A stretch of DNA of 64,000 bases from Escherichia coli (GTDB taxonomy: Bacteria > Pseudomonadota > Gammaproteobacteria > Enterobacterales > Enterobacteriaceae), in NCBI RefSeq assembly GCF_003018255.1, contig NZ_CP027440.1; one strand, 5' to 3'. The position numbers and the translations under genes are program-made. The notes under the pieces are model-generated. The model worked only from the letters and a program-made list of their open reading frames with translations. It had not been told where the DNA came from and did no database searches. This document shows positions 44,227 to 54,926 of this stretch, piece after piece (the stretch's first letter is position 1; each line of letters begins with the position of its first letter).

Positions 44227-44270
44227 TTCTAAGTCGTGGGCTACAGGTTCGAATCCTGCAGGGCGAGCCA
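44227..44270 (+). repeat. Partial duplicate of the tRNA-Arg 3' end (attR of the remnant)
   Basis: ttctaagtcgtgggctacaggttcgaatcctgcagggcgagcca matches the 3' 44 nt of the tRNA with 3 mismatches. Confidence 0.75.
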
Positions 44271-44460
44271 TTTCCTCGCCATTTATTTGTTCCCTTTTAC
44301 AAATTACACCATCACTTTGTTGTCGCGGTTTTGCTAAATAATTGGAACACGTCAGACGAATAAAATGAAAACAGAAATTCTGCTAAACAATTCATCTTGC
44401 CAGGATTTTGATTAGGAAAGTGAAAAGGAAAGGAGCAAGCTAAGTTGCTCCCTTTAATCA

Positions 44461-45351
44461 TTAATACTCAAGGATACTCTGCGCGACGGGCAAATAGCGC
44501 AGAGAGAAATAGAGCGTGTCTTTACCGCAAGAGGAACGTTTCGCTAACAGCGAGGCGATCTCTGCATCCGGTTTCGGTTTCGCTGTAAACGTTTTACCTT
44601 TACCAGCGACAAACAGTTCATAAACAATGCCGCTTGCTGGGGCGGAACTTTGGCAATCGGCGCTGGCCTGTAGATAACGTTCACGCTGTTCAGCGGTCAG
44701 TTTATCCACGCCGCTGCCATCCTGTACCCAGACATTAACACCGGTTGCTTTAACTTGTTCCAGCAGTTGGCGATAGCCATCTGGCGACATGTTTCCGGCG
44801 AAAAAACTACTGATATAAACCGGTTTTGCTGAAACATCGCTAATCAACCGCTGCGCGTTGTTTAACCATGTTAGCAAAGGTTGACGGGCGGCTTCGCTGC
44901 GCCAGTTCAGGTCGTCAATTTCCGCGCTGATGTACCAGCCATCCGGCGTTACGCCAGGCACGGCGCTCCATAATCTGGCTTGCTGGAGATCGGCAGCCAG
45001 CAGGCGATTAAGATAGCTTTCCAGCGCTGCGGAGGACTGTTTCTGGTGTATAAAAAATTCCGGATCGGCGTTCAGCCCGACAATCAGCTTCAGGCCAGCC
45101 TGTTGCGCAGCTGCGGCACGCTTAAACAATAACGCGCGCTGTTCTGGCTGGGTGAATGCATCGCCGTAACGGGTCCATTGCAAAACCAGGGTATCGAAGC
45201 CTTGCAAACGTAACTGACTCATCAGCCCCTGCCACTGGGTATCGGTAACCTGACTATCACGGTTTTGTGGTTGCCAGATAATACCTTTCATCGCAAAGGA
45301 AAAAGGGCTGACCAAAAGCAGTGTCAACAATACGAAAATGAACTTACGCAT
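44461..45351 (-). CDS. ybcH: Periplasmic glycoside-hydrolase-like protein
   Basis: 296 aa with signal peptide; immediately downstream of nfrA in the same orientation. Confidence 0.8.
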   Translation of the reverse strand: MRKFIFVLLTLLLVSPFSFAMKGIIWQPQNRDSQVTDTQWQGLMSQLRLQGFDTLVLQWTRYGDAFTQPEQRALLFKRAAAAQQAGLKLIVGLNADPEFFIHQKQSSAALESYLNRLLAADLQQARLWSAVPGVTPDGWYISAEIDDLNWRSEAARQPLLTWLNNAQRLISDVSAKPVYISSFFAGNMSPDGYRQLLEQVKATGVNVWVQDGSGVDKLTAEQRERYLQASADCQSSAPASGIVYELFVAGKGKTFTAKPKPDAEIASLLAKRSSCGKDTLYFSLRYLPVAQSILEY

Positions 45352-48324
45352 TTACCAGTGCACTCCAATGGTGAGAAACGCGTTGTTGCGCTCTCCGTTA
45401 CGTTGATTAATCGCCTTAAAGGTATGTTGATATTCGATGCCGAGACTGACTTTGTGCGGCCAGGCGTCGTAGTGCGTCTCGCCGGTCCAGATATTCCAGC
45501 GGACCCCGACACCGCCAAGCTGCGCGCCCTGAGTGCCTTTATCACGATAACCGTTGTCCTGAACGTGAGCATAAGGCTCAATAGTCTGCCCGTTTGCCAC
45601 CTTCTGATGCCAGCTGACTCGATAATCTGCCGTCCACGCCTGAATATCCTGGCGGATATATTGCGCCGCATCGAGGTACAGGTTTTGGGCAAACCAGCCT
45701 GAACCGTTCGGGTGCCATTCGTCGCTGTATTTGCCGCCATTAAAGAATGAGGCGCTGGCGCGCAGCATGGTATCGGATGCGCCATTTTGTCCGTTCAGCG
45801 GCAACTGCTGTTCGACGGCGAGGAAAAAGATCTGATCGCGCAGCGGCTTCCAGCGCAGACCGGTGCCGGACATCGGATTTTTCACCGGCATCATCACCCC
45901 GTTTTCACCGGTATCGGCAAAGACGCGGCTATAAACTGAGAGCAGGTCGCCTTCCAGCAGCATATTGCGTCCGATGCGGTACTCGGCTTCCAGTTGCCCG
46001 TAGCTACGATAGCTTTTCCTTGGCGCTGCGCCGCCGACATTATTGTTAGCGGTACTCATTGCGCCGGAACGCAAGCCAATAGAAGAATCGAAACTGAACG
46101 TCCAGTGGCGACCGACCTCCTCATGCAGACGGCGGAAATTGAAGCGTTGCTGATTTTGCTCTGGGGTCAGTGGGGTTATCAGCGCCTGATTATCAATGTC
46201 ATCAATCACCAGTCGGGCGTAGTGCTGCGTCGCAGGCATGTCATCCAGACGCTGGTTCACGTAGGCCAGTTGTCGGATAAGTGCCGGATCGTCCGGTAGC
46301 CCTTTATGCGCCTGTTCGAGCATTTCCCGCGACTGTGCGATATCACCGCTATCCCACAAGGCGTAACCGAGCGCTGCCTGGGTGTTGCTATTATTCGGTT
46401 CCAGTTCCAGAGCGGCGCGCAAATCACTCACCGCCGCCGGGACATTATGACGTTGGCGATAAATTGTCGCCCGCGCAACGTAAGCGTTGGCAGAAGGCGC
46501 AATATTGATTGAGCGCGTGAGATCGCTCAGTGCGAGTTCCGGCTGACCAGGAATGTAACGTTGCGCATGCAGCCACCAGTAGAGGGCATTGTTTCCCAGC
46601 CCACGTTGTTCTGCCTGCTGAAGCCAGCGATCGCGAGCCGCACCATTTCCTGCCGCCTGGGCGGTATTGGCAGCAGCAAGCAGATCCTCATTGCTCATGC
46701 CGTGAAGACTGATTTTCTGCCAGGCCGCCAGTGCGGTGGCGTAGTCCTCAACCTGATACGCCTGATAGGCTACCGCACGATGTTGCCAGGCGTTCGGTTG
46801 TCGTTGTTCGGCCTGAAGCCATGCATACAACGCCACACCGGGTAGCGTGTCCCGATAACACTTTGCCAGACGGTTCCAGGCGGCAGCATCGTAGGAAGGC
46901 GACATATCGCCCAGCAAGCGAACTATTGCCGGGCAATTATCTGCAATACCCGGCAACTGACTTTGCCACTGACGTTGCTCCGCCAGCGGTAAGGGTTTCG
47001 ATAAAATCGCCACCTTCGCCGGAGTTGCCAGGTAAGGATGACTTTCCAGCAGAGACGCCAGTCGCGCCATTAAAGTCTGGCTGACACGCGCATCGCCCTG
47101 GAAAGGATAGCGTTGCAGCAATAAATCGGCAGCTTCACGTGACTGCTCGTTCTGCATCAGTTGCCAGGTCAGTTGATCCAGGCGGGTAAGATTTGCCGGT
47201 TCTTGCTGATACAGCAATCGTGCCAGACGCAGAGCTTCAGCCTTGTTACGGGTCGCCACGCTAACGGTATAACGCTCCTCAAGCATTTCATTGGCGGGGA
47301 GGGTGGCGAGCAGTTTTTGCGCTGCGTCGTACTGACCTTCTTTTAACAGCACCGGTAGCGTCGCGCCAACAACATACTGGCGGTTGTCGGCAAACTGTAC
47401 CGTATAATTCGCCAACGCCTGAACGGGGTTGCCGCTGTATTTAGATAACAGATAGAGCCAACTTTTCTCTTGTGCGTCCGTGGTAAATAGCGGCGTATTT
47501 TCAATGAGATAATGCTGGAGGCGTGCTTTTTCGCCACGATAAGCCAGCGCGGTCGCGTAAGTAATATATGACTGAGGATCGGTGAAGATCCCCTGTGATT
47601 GCAGCGCCAGGATCCGATCGTCCAGCTGCCCGGCAAGAAGCACATCAAACCACTGACGGCGTTCTGCCGCGCTTAATGTGTTCTGCTGGCGTGCTTCATT
47701 GTATAGCGTATCTGCCTGGGACCATTGTTTCAGGTAGATTGCCCGTTGCAGCAGATCGGTTCGCAGCGTTTTTCCTTCCGGCGATGCAGCAAACGTCGCA
47801 TCGTTCAGTTGCGCTCTGGCGACAGGTAATTGTGCCAGCCGCAGGGCATTCTGCCCGACTTCACTGCGACAACGCAGGGTCGGCGCAGCATCGCACGCTT
47901 TTTGCTGGGCAAGCAGTTCTTCAACAGTCGTAACGCTTTTCACTTCAACTGGAATAGCCGCCAGACTGCGCTCAAGTCGGGCATCTCCTGGGTGACGTTT
48001 CAGTTGATCCTCAAGCAACAGCCGCGCCCGGTCATCATGACCAAAATGGCGATAGGCTTCCGCAAGGTATAAAGTCAGCGGAATATTATCCGGCACCTGT
48101 TGGTGTATATATTCAAATTCGCGGATGGCGGTTGCTTCGTCGTTATTTTTCTGTGCCTTCAGCGCCTTATCGAGACGGGGATAAATAACAAAATGGCGAT
48201 AATCGCTCAGCCCCAGCTCTTCTGCGCTGGTGCCGATATTGTCTGCGAGTGCGCTGGTGCTCAATAAAGACGTCAGCAGTAAACCAGACCATCCGATGAC
48301 GCGATTAAGGTTATTCTCCTTCAT
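45352..48324 (-). CDS. nfrA: Outer-membrane TPR/beta-barrel protein NfrA (phage N4 adsorption / exopolysaccharide export)
   Basis: ORF 45352-48345; ~990 aa with multiple TPR repeats and a C-terminal beta-barrel; start taken at MKENNLNRV. Confidence 0.85.
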   Translation of the reverse strand: MKENNLNRVIGWSGLLLTSLLSTSALADNIGTSAEELGLSDYRHFVIYPRLDKALKAQKNNDEATAIREFEYIHQQVPDNIPLTLYLAEAYRHFGHDDRARLLLEDQLKRHPGDARLERSLAAIPVEVKSVTTVEELLAQQKACDAAPTLRCRSEVGQNALRLAQLPVARAQLNDATFAASPEGKTLRTDLLQRAIYLKQWSQADTLYNEARQQNTLSAAERRQWFDVLLAGQLDDRILALQSQGIFTDPQSYITYATALAYRGEKARLQHYLIENTPLFTTDAQEKSWLYLLSKYSGNPVQALANYTVQFADNRQYVVGATLPVLLKEGQYDAAQKLLATLPANEMLEERYTVSVATRNKAEALRLARLLYQQEPANLTRLDQLTWQLMQNEQSREAADLLLQRYPFQGDARVSQTLMARLASLLESHPYLATPAKVAILSKPLPLAEQRQWQSQLPGIADNCPAIVRLLGDMSPSYDAAAWNRLAKCYRDTLPGVALYAWLQAEQRQPNAWQHRAVAYQAYQVEDYATALAAWQKISLHGMSNEDLLAAANTAQAAGNGAARDRWLQQAEQRGLGNNALYWWLHAQRYIPGQPELALSDLTRSINIAPSANAYVARATIYRQRHNVPAAVSDLRAALELEPNNSNTQAALGYALWDSGDIAQSREMLEQAHKGLPDDPALIRQLAYVNQRLDDMPATQHYARLVIDDIDNQALITPLTPEQNQQRFNFRRLHEEVGRHWTFSFDSSIGLRSGAMSTANNNVGGAAPRKSYRSYGQLEAEYRIGRNMLLEGDLLSVYSRVFADTGENGVMMPVKNPMSGTGLRWKPLRDQIFFLAVEQQLPLNGQNGASDTMLRASASFFNGGKYSDEWHPNGSGWFAQNLYLDAAQYIRQDIQAWTADYRVSWHQKVANGQTIEPYAHVQDNGYRDKGTQGAQLGGVGVRWNIWTGETHYDAWPHKVSLGIEYQHTFKAINQRNGERNNAFLTIGVHW

Positions 48325-50548
48325 TTTCGGACTCCAGTTGCGCAACCTGTTCTGGGTTTAAACCTGCTTTGAGTAATAGTGATTGCATCGAAACTTGTAA
48401 TTCGCGTTGAATTGTCAGGACGCGATCCAACGTTTCCTGGCTGATAACGCCTTCGGTGACCAAAAACTTGCCGAGCGGCAGAGAACTGCGTTCATGGCGC
48501 AATAACAACACGTTAATTGCTGAACGATTAATATGACCGAGCGTGGTCAGTATTTCGGCGAACAGGAACTGATGCGGCACATATTGCCGCCAGATTTCAC
48601 CGGCCTGCTGTTCCGTGAGCCACTGATGCTGAACCGCATTGTACAACATTGCCCGCGGGTCGTGACCGCGTCGGCGTGCATACCAGTGACGTAACCCCGT
48701 GACAATTTGTCCGCGCAGAACAATGACGTAACGCACTTTGCGTCCGACTTTACGCGTCAGGGCTGCCAGCGAAACCGGGTCAATACCATCTTCACTGCCG
48801 ACAATTAACTCATCATTTTCCAGACGCAGCGGCAGCACTGCATAATGCAGCGCCACGGAAGCCGGCATTTCGGCAATCAGTGATGAAGGGATCTGCCAGG
48901 CGTCGATCGACTCCCACGCCACGCCGTTTTGCTCTGCCAGCGCCTGTGCCAGCTGTTCGGCGCTAATCAGCCCCTGCATCAGCATTGAACCGCCCAGGCG
49001 TAGACCTTCGACGCGATTACGCAGTGCTGTATCGAGTTGTTCTTCAGTGATGACCTGATTTTCCAGCAGGATTTGGCCTAACGGGCGCAACGAGCGGGTA
49101 TCGCCAGTCACGCTGGGGAAGTCATGCGTTGTTTTATCCCACGCGACGCGACGTGGATCGCCGTGTTGAAGTACCTGTTTTAACGCGCGCCAGTTGGCCA
49201 TGAAGTTAATCAGGTTGCCCCAGAAAAGACGCAGGACAGATAGCAGCCCCTGCGTCAGACCGTAGTAGCCAGTGACAAAAATCACCCGCTGCACGATGCG
49301 GTTAACCATCAAACCAAAGTTTAGCCACAGCAGGGTCATTAACCATGCGCTGCCGCTGAAAATAGAAAGGAAATGCCAGGCATCGGGCCACAAACTTTCA
49401 TACGCCAGTAACAGCAAAAGCTGGATCATCACCAGCATCGCGAGGAAGCTGACAAAGTTACTGATTGCCCCTTTGCGGTCGCGCCAGAGAAAGTAGTTCA
49501 GCGTCAGGCTGGAGGTCCATTTGTGGGTTTTAAAGCCCTGGAAAACAATGCCGATGATCCAGCGAGATTTTTGTCGAACCGCAGTCGAAAAGGTATCGGG
49601 GAAATATTCGCGCACGCAGATCATGTTTGACGTCCGCGCGTGCTGTAAAAATTTACGCTGCTCGCGTTCTTTGGCTTCGTCCACCACCGGAAAACGGACA
49701 AAAATTTCCGTCATACCTTTTTCTTTCAGGCGGAAACCAATGTCGTAATCTTCAGTCAGACTCTGCACGTCGAAAGCAATACCGTCACCGTCAGCTAACA
49801 GTGCGGTCACGGCGCGGCGGCTGAAACAGGTGCCGACGCCTGCGCTGGGCACCTGTCCGGCGAGGGCTTCACGCACCGGAACATCTTTGCCATGCAGTTC
49901 TGAAAACTCATCAATGTAGGTCATGCTGGTGAAGTGCGTCCATTCGCGTTCGAACGGATACACTGGGATCTGAATCAGATCTTTACGCTCGACCAGATAG
50001 TTGAACAGACGCAATTCCATCGGTGAAATCACATCTTCGGCGTCATGCAGAATAAAACCAGCAAAAGCGAAATTGGCGCTACGTTCAAATTGGGTGATGG
50101 CGTCCAGCACGTTGTTCAGACAGTCGGCTTTGCTGGTGGGGCCAGGACGCGCGCAGACTACCTTATGCACGTTCGGGAAGCGAGCGCACACTTCGTCAAC
50201 ATCACGCTGAGTATCGGGGTCGTTGGGGTAGGTGCCAACAAAGATATGATAGTTTTCGTAGTCGAGCGTGGTCGCCGCCAGCTCGGCCATATTGCCGATG
50301 ACGCCCGTTTCATTCCACGCCGGAACCATAATCGCTAACGGTTTTTCATCTGGTTTATACAGTTCGCGGTAACTCATTCGCGGGTAGCGGCGATAAACAC
50401 TCAACTTGCGTTTAATGCGGCGTACCCAGTAGACGACATCAATAAAAAAATCGTCCAGCCCGCTGATGAACATGATGACCGCTAACGTTATCGCGATTAC
50501 TTTTAAGCCGTAGAGCCAGGTAGCAAAAACATCAAGAAGCCAGTCCAC
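48311..50548 (-). CDS. nfrB: Inner-membrane family-2 glycosyltransferase NfrB
   Basis: 745 aa, N-terminal TM segments plus GT-2 domain and C-terminal regulatory domain; overlaps the nfrA start. Confidence 0.85.
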   Translation of the reverse strand: MDWLLDVFATWLYGLKVIAITLAVIMFISGLDDFFIDVVYWVRRIKRKLSVYRRYPRMSYRELYKPDEKPLAIMVPAWNETGVIGNMAELAATTLDYENYHIFVGTYPNDPDTQRDVDEVCARFPNVHKVVCARPGPTSKADCLNNVLDAITQFERSANFAFAGFILHDAEDVISPMELRLFNYLVERKDLIQIPVYPFEREWTHFTSMTYIDEFSELHGKDVPVREALAGQVPSAGVGTCFSRRAVTALLADGDGIAFDVQSLTEDYDIGFRLKEKGMTEIFVRFPVVDEAKEREQRKFLQHARTSNMICVREYFPDTFSTAVRQKSRWIIGIVFQGFKTHKWTSSLTLNYFLWRDRKGAISNFVSFLAMLVMIQLLLLLAYESLWPDAWHFLSIFSGSAWLMTLLWLNFGLMVNRIVQRVIFVTGYYGLTQGLLSVLRLFWGNLINFMANWRALKQVLQHGDPRRVAWDKTTHDFPSVTGDTRSLRPLGQILLENQVITEEQLDTALRNRVEGLRLGGSMLMQGLISAEQLAQALAEQNGVAWESIDAWQIPSSLIAEMPASVALHYAVLPLRLENDELIVGSEDGIDPVSLAALTRKVGRKVRYVIVLRGQIVTGLRHWYARRRGHDPRAMLYNAVQHQWLTEQQAGEIWRQYVPHQFLFAEILTTLGHINRSAINVLLLRHERSSLPLGKFLVTEGVISQETLDRVLTIQRELQVSMQSLLLKAGLNPEQVAQLESENEGE

Positions 50549-50745
50549 ACAAAAACCTTACATTAACGCTGGTTATGTTTAGGGTGGCGTATATTAAGGT
50601 TTTTTATGAATTGTGACAGCTTTTTACCATTAATAGGTATGACTATTGCGGCACGTTATTTTTACACTGGTTATAAAAGTTGCCGTTTGCGTAGAATGTA
50701 GACAAAAGCGTGGTGTCAAGGAGGGGAGGTTAACGCAGGGAAAGA

Positions 50746-51882
50746 TTACGAAAGCCCGCTCCCAGCAAGGACTGACGCGAGATAGTTTCTGTCCATGGCT
50801 GCTTTTCGCAACTTACGTCTTAACCCTGCCTTGAATACCTTATCATTCGTCAAAATATTAATAGCGATGTGCCGTAGCCCTGAAAATAATTCTGCTGCAT
50901 TTCCTCTTCTTATTTTGCAGTCGTCTTCATTCATTACCACGTCCAGACGCCAGTGCAGCTTATTCTCCACGTGCCAGTGGTTTCGGATTGCTGTGGCGAA
51001 CTTCTCTGCGGTTAAATCAGCAGAACTGATATAATATCTGACCGTCATTTCTGGCTCTTTCTTTTGTTCTGCTATTATTGACCGAAAGGAGACTGCCACG
51101 CATAATTTCTTCAGTCCTTTCCATTCAAACGTGAAATCAATAAGTTCATCAGGGACATCGCAAACAATGTGAAGCCGGATTTCTTCTCTGCCGTGACTCT
51201 TTTCACTAATTGCGTAACTGTCATGCTCTGGATTATTTAATTCTTTCAGTGGGAATTTTTCCTCAAAGGCTTTATTAAGCCGCCCCTGATTTCCTTTTAC
51301 AGCGAATAAATAATCACCGCCCTGTTTTTGTATCTTCTCTGCAATATCTTTCTGGCAACCCATCGCATCAGTTGTGATGATTTTTCCTTTAATATCCAGC
51401 ATGTTAAGAAGTTCTGGGATAGCTGTAATCTCATTAGATTTCTCATCCGTCCTGATCTGTCCGATGACCAGACTGTGCATTGTTGAGAACGCACTAATGA
51501 CATGAATCGCTCCCCTGCGGCGACTCCTGTCATAAGAATGCCGGAGTGTTTTTCCATCGATTGCAATAACGTCTTTATCATCTGAAGTATGGCAATCTCG
51601 CATCCAGTTAATAAAGCACTCGTGAAATTTTGAAGGACTGATACAGGATACAACTCTGGCGATGGTATCGTGAACAGGAATACCATTTTCAAAATCACCA
51701 TATTGTTTTAAAAAATCGAGATGTGTTTCCCCAAAATCCTCTATATCTTCCCAGCCTTCTGCACCAGAAATAACGGCACAAATAGTCAACAGTAGAATAT
51801 CCGACAATTTATGTTCCACTTTCCAGGCTTGTCTGTAATCGGGGATAATAGAAATATGTTCCATCAATTTTTTAAGTTCCAT
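50746..51882 (-). mobile_element. ISAs1-family transposase (H-repeat-associated protein)
   Basis: 378 aa, [51 protein letters not shown]...; classic H-rpt ORF at the distal end of an Rhs element. Confidence 0.85.
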
Positions 51883-51908
51883 TTTGTTCTCCTTAATTAT
51901 GTAAGGAG

Positions 51909-52147
51909 TATTTGATCATGTATACGCAATAAAAAACAGCTTCAGGTAATGAGGAATATCTCGATTTTTAAACATAAAATGCGAATTACTTAGTACAAAA
52001 AATGTACTTCTGATGATCTTTCCCTGGTATTTGATCATGTATAAGCAATAAAAAACAGCTTCAGGTAATGAGGAATATCTCAATTTTTAAACATAAAATG
52101 CGAATTGTTTAGTACAAAAAAGCAGCGTTACGTGATCTTTCCCTGGT
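51909..52147. repeat. Two tandem ~119-bp direct repeats
   Basis: tatttgatcatgtata(c/a)gcaataaaaaacagcttcaggtaatgaggaatatct...ctttccctgg at 51909-52026 and 52028-52147, ~93% identical. Confidence 0.8.
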
Positions 52148-52272
52148 GCAGGAACTGAGGAAGGAACTTTATCAGGTTAAACAGGTGGTGAAGGGAATGA
52201 AGAACGGGATATCCGGCGTATTACGCGAGGTATAAAAATAAAAGCCGGGAGATTGTCACTCCCGGCAACATA

Positions 52273-52554
52273 TTATTTTTTTATTTCATTATATCTGATA
52301 AAAAAAGTATTTAGCGCATCATGTTCATCTTGTGAGAACAATAAAATAATTTTATCCCATGAATGTCCTGTTACTCCATAATAGTCTTCAATATAAGATT
52401 GAAGCCTTATTAATATCTCAATATTGACGATTTCTTTTGGCTCTCTCATTTGCCATCCATCCAGGAAAGCTTTTAACGCCGATATGGTATGCCTGCTTAA
52501 ATATAAAGCTGGTCTTTTTTCTATCATATCAATCAGTTTAACAATATCATTCAT
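52273..52554 (-). CDS. Putative immunity protein for the orphan Rhs toxin tip
   Basis: 93-aa AT-rich ORF starting 3 bp after the orphan toxin stop. Confidence 0.5.
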   Translation of the reverse strand: MNDIVKLIDMIEKRPALYLSRHTISALKAFLDGWQMREPKEIVNIEILIRLQSYIEDYYGVTGHSWDKIILLFSQDEHDALNTFFIRYNEIKK

Positions 52555-52556
52555 AA

Positions 52557-53180
52557 TTAAAACCTTGATGGAGTAATGGTGTATTCGCCAGGAGAGTATA
52601 TATCATTCAGCCAATCTTCATACTTTATACCAGAAGGATTCATATTATCAAAAACTGTATCACCTACTTTTATTGCTTCATGATGACCATTAGTTGCTAT
52701 ATTTTTACCTATTCTATCACTCCATATATTGCCAAAGGCACCTTGTTTATTTTTAGTTTCGAGTATGAGATGCTCACCATTTACCCCAGCTTGTTGCATT
52801 TTACTTTTTAACGCTGCGGCAAATTTATCGCATTGAAAAAGCTGTTTAAACTTATCACTTATTGTTGTTGCAAGATCCCTTGTTTTTGCGATATCGCAAA
52901 TGGTTAATCCTAATGGATCAATATAACCAAGGGGATTATGAACATATGCATAATTGTTTATCCCGCCTCTCAGCCCTATCGGGTCACTCACCAGGTACAT
53001 CCCTGTTTCCGGCTCGTAATACCGGAACCGGTTATAGCACAGCCCGGATTCCGTATCCTGCCACTGTCCTGCATACAGCAGGCCGGGGTCGGGGTCGGCT
53101 TCCGGGTCCAGCTCCCCGCGCGGGTCCGGGTAGCCGGTGTCTGCGGGCAGACTGAGTGCCAGCCCCCACAGGCTGGTTTG
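52557..53180 (-). CDS. Orphan Rhs C-terminal module (core end with DPxGL motifs plus ~115-aa toxin domain)
   Basis: In frame with the upstream orphan core but separated by TGA; reads ...YRYYEPETGMYLVSDPIGLRGG...YIDPLGLTICDIAKTRD... Confidence 0.55.
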   Translation of the reverse strand, partial: QTSLWGLALSLPADTGYPDPRGELDPEADPDPGLLYAGQWQDTESGLCYNRFRYYEPETGMYLVSDPIGLRGGINNYAYVHNPLGYIDPLGLTICDIAKTRDLATTISDKFKQLFQCDKFAAALKSKMQQAGVNGEHLILETKNKQGAFGNIWSDRIGKNIATNGHHEAIKVGDTVFDNMNPSGIKYEDWLNDIYSPGEYTITPSRF

Positions 53181-54476
53181 TCACGGTCGCCACACGGTTT
53201 TACCTTCACTGTTAAAGAGCATCAGCGGACGGCCCGTCAGGTCGCTCACCGCATGATTCGTCCGCGTCACCCACTGCGGGGCCACCGACGGATGCGGCTG
53301 CCGTACCCGGCTGCACTGCTGGCTTATCAGCTCAAAGCCGTTAAACACCAGGTGCCGTACGCTGTACAGTTTATCATCGCGGTATTCCCGGATTTCCGCA
53401 ATATTGTCGCCGTCCCACAGGTACGTAAAACGGATTTTCTTCCGGTCGCAGCGTTTTTCCGTCCGCCTGCCGCTGGCGTCGTAGCGGTATTCCCACTGCT
53501 CACCCTGTGCGCTGCAATACCCGGTCAGCTGGTCACGGCTGTCCCACCGGAACCGCTCTGTTTCCGGGCGGTAGCCGTCACGGTGTCTGGTGCGGCTGAC
53601 CATCCGGCCTGCGGCGTCATAGTCATACTGCGTGTTTCCGGCCTGTTTCAGCCGGTGGCCTCCGGCATACTGGTCAGTCTCTTCACTTATCCGGTGCCTG
53701 CCCGCAGACTGCGCCTTCAGGTAGCCACAACTGTCATAGCCATAGGACTCATCGCCTTCGCCATAGCCCAGCCCGGTGCCTGAGGCTGTCACCGCCGTGA
53801 CCTGACCGTTCCGGTCCAGCCGGTATTCCCGCCGTGTTTCCCGTCCGTAATCTTCCCGGCTGGTGACAGCCGACACATTGCCCGCGCTGTCGTAACGGTA
53901 CTCCCGTACCAGTGAGGGGAGCAGCCCGCCCCATGTGGTTTCCTCCGGGAAAAATCCGGCGCGCTGGGTGACAAGCTGGCTGGCTGCATTCCAGCCCTGC
54001 TCACAGGCAAAACCCCGGTTACTGTGCCGGAGCACTTCACGTCCTGCCTCATCACGGCTGAACGTCAGCGTCTCATCCCCCGGCAGGATAACCTCCGTCA
54101 GTTCTCCGGCGGCGTTGTAGCGGTAGGTGGTTTTCAGCAGGGATTCACCGGGATGTCTGTCGCGTTCATCTTCCGGTGGCAGGATACAGCGGATGACGGT
54201 GTGTTCATCGGGGTAGTGGTATTCAATGGCCCGTCGGCCCTGAGTGGTGACATTCACCCGCCCGCGTTCGTCATAGCCGGTGCGCTGTGATGTGCCGTCC
54301 GGGCTGAAGATACCCGTCAGCCTGCCGGATTTGTCATACGCATACTGCGTTTTGCCTTCCGGCGTGATGACTTCTGCCAGGCGGCCTGCGGCGTCCCGGC
54401 TGTAGAGGATGGTTTCCTCCAGACCGTTAACCCTGGCGGTACACAGGCCATCGGCGTCATAGCGGTAACGCCAGGC
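53181..54476 (-). pseudogene. Orphan rhs core fragment (duplicate of the 3' core of the main rhs)
   Basis: ~1.3 kb ~98% identical to 55589-56885; 5'-truncated; ends in the same in-frame TGA. Confidence 0.75.
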
Positions 54477-54503
54477 TACTCCGTTGTACCCAGCTCATAG
54501 AAT

Positions 54504-54926
54504 TTATCTAGCAATTTGTATTAAGGGGGTTTCACCCACATGTTTTAATAAACTCATTAACCAGATGGCCTCTTCTCTCGTTCCGGAGTATATTACCTTC
54601 GATTCATTTCTAATAATTCGAAGTGCTTCTTTTGTATCAATCGAAAAAGCCTTACGAATGACTTTTATAGTTTCCATCTGTGATTTTATATTTTCAAGTC
54701 TAACATTCCATAAACCCTCAAAATCAATCAATTGTAGACGAATTTTTTCTGGGGGAAAGCCTATATCATCTGATTCACTACGTAATCCGCAATTATGGCA
54801 TATAATTGATTCATACCATGCGAGTATACCATTGTGACTCGTCTGCCCTATAGCTATAGAACATATTTTTCCACAGCAAGGACACTCAATAGTCGTTTTA
54901 AATTCATCACCAAACACTATAACCAC
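54504..54926 (-). CDS. Putative immunity protein for the main Rhs toxin (Cys-rich zinc-ribbon-like)
   Basis: 140 aa, CPCCGK...CHNCG motifs; start overlaps the toxin stop by 10 bp. Confidence 0.55.
   Translation of the reverse strand: MVIVFGDEFKTTIECPCCGKICSIAIGQTSHNGILAWYESIICHNCGLRSESDDIGFPPEKIRLQLIDFEGLWNVRLENIKSQMETIKVIRKAFSIDTKEALRIIRNESKVIYSGTREEAIWLMSLLKHVGETPLIQIAR

Larger units (their letters stand above)
40902..44270. mobile_element. Degenerate prophage remnant at tRNA-Arg carrying ompT
   Basis: Bounded by the tRNA and a 44-bp direct repeat of its 3' end (44227-44270); contains integrase and tfa pseudogenes, a methyltransferase and ompT. Confidence 0.7.

Noticed and set aside
45352-50548. 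nfrA/nfrB as part of a mobile element or defence system
   Set aside because: These match the conserved chromosomal ybcH-nfrA-nfrB exopolysaccharide/N4-receptor genes; flanking mobile DNA is adjacent to, not inclusive of, them
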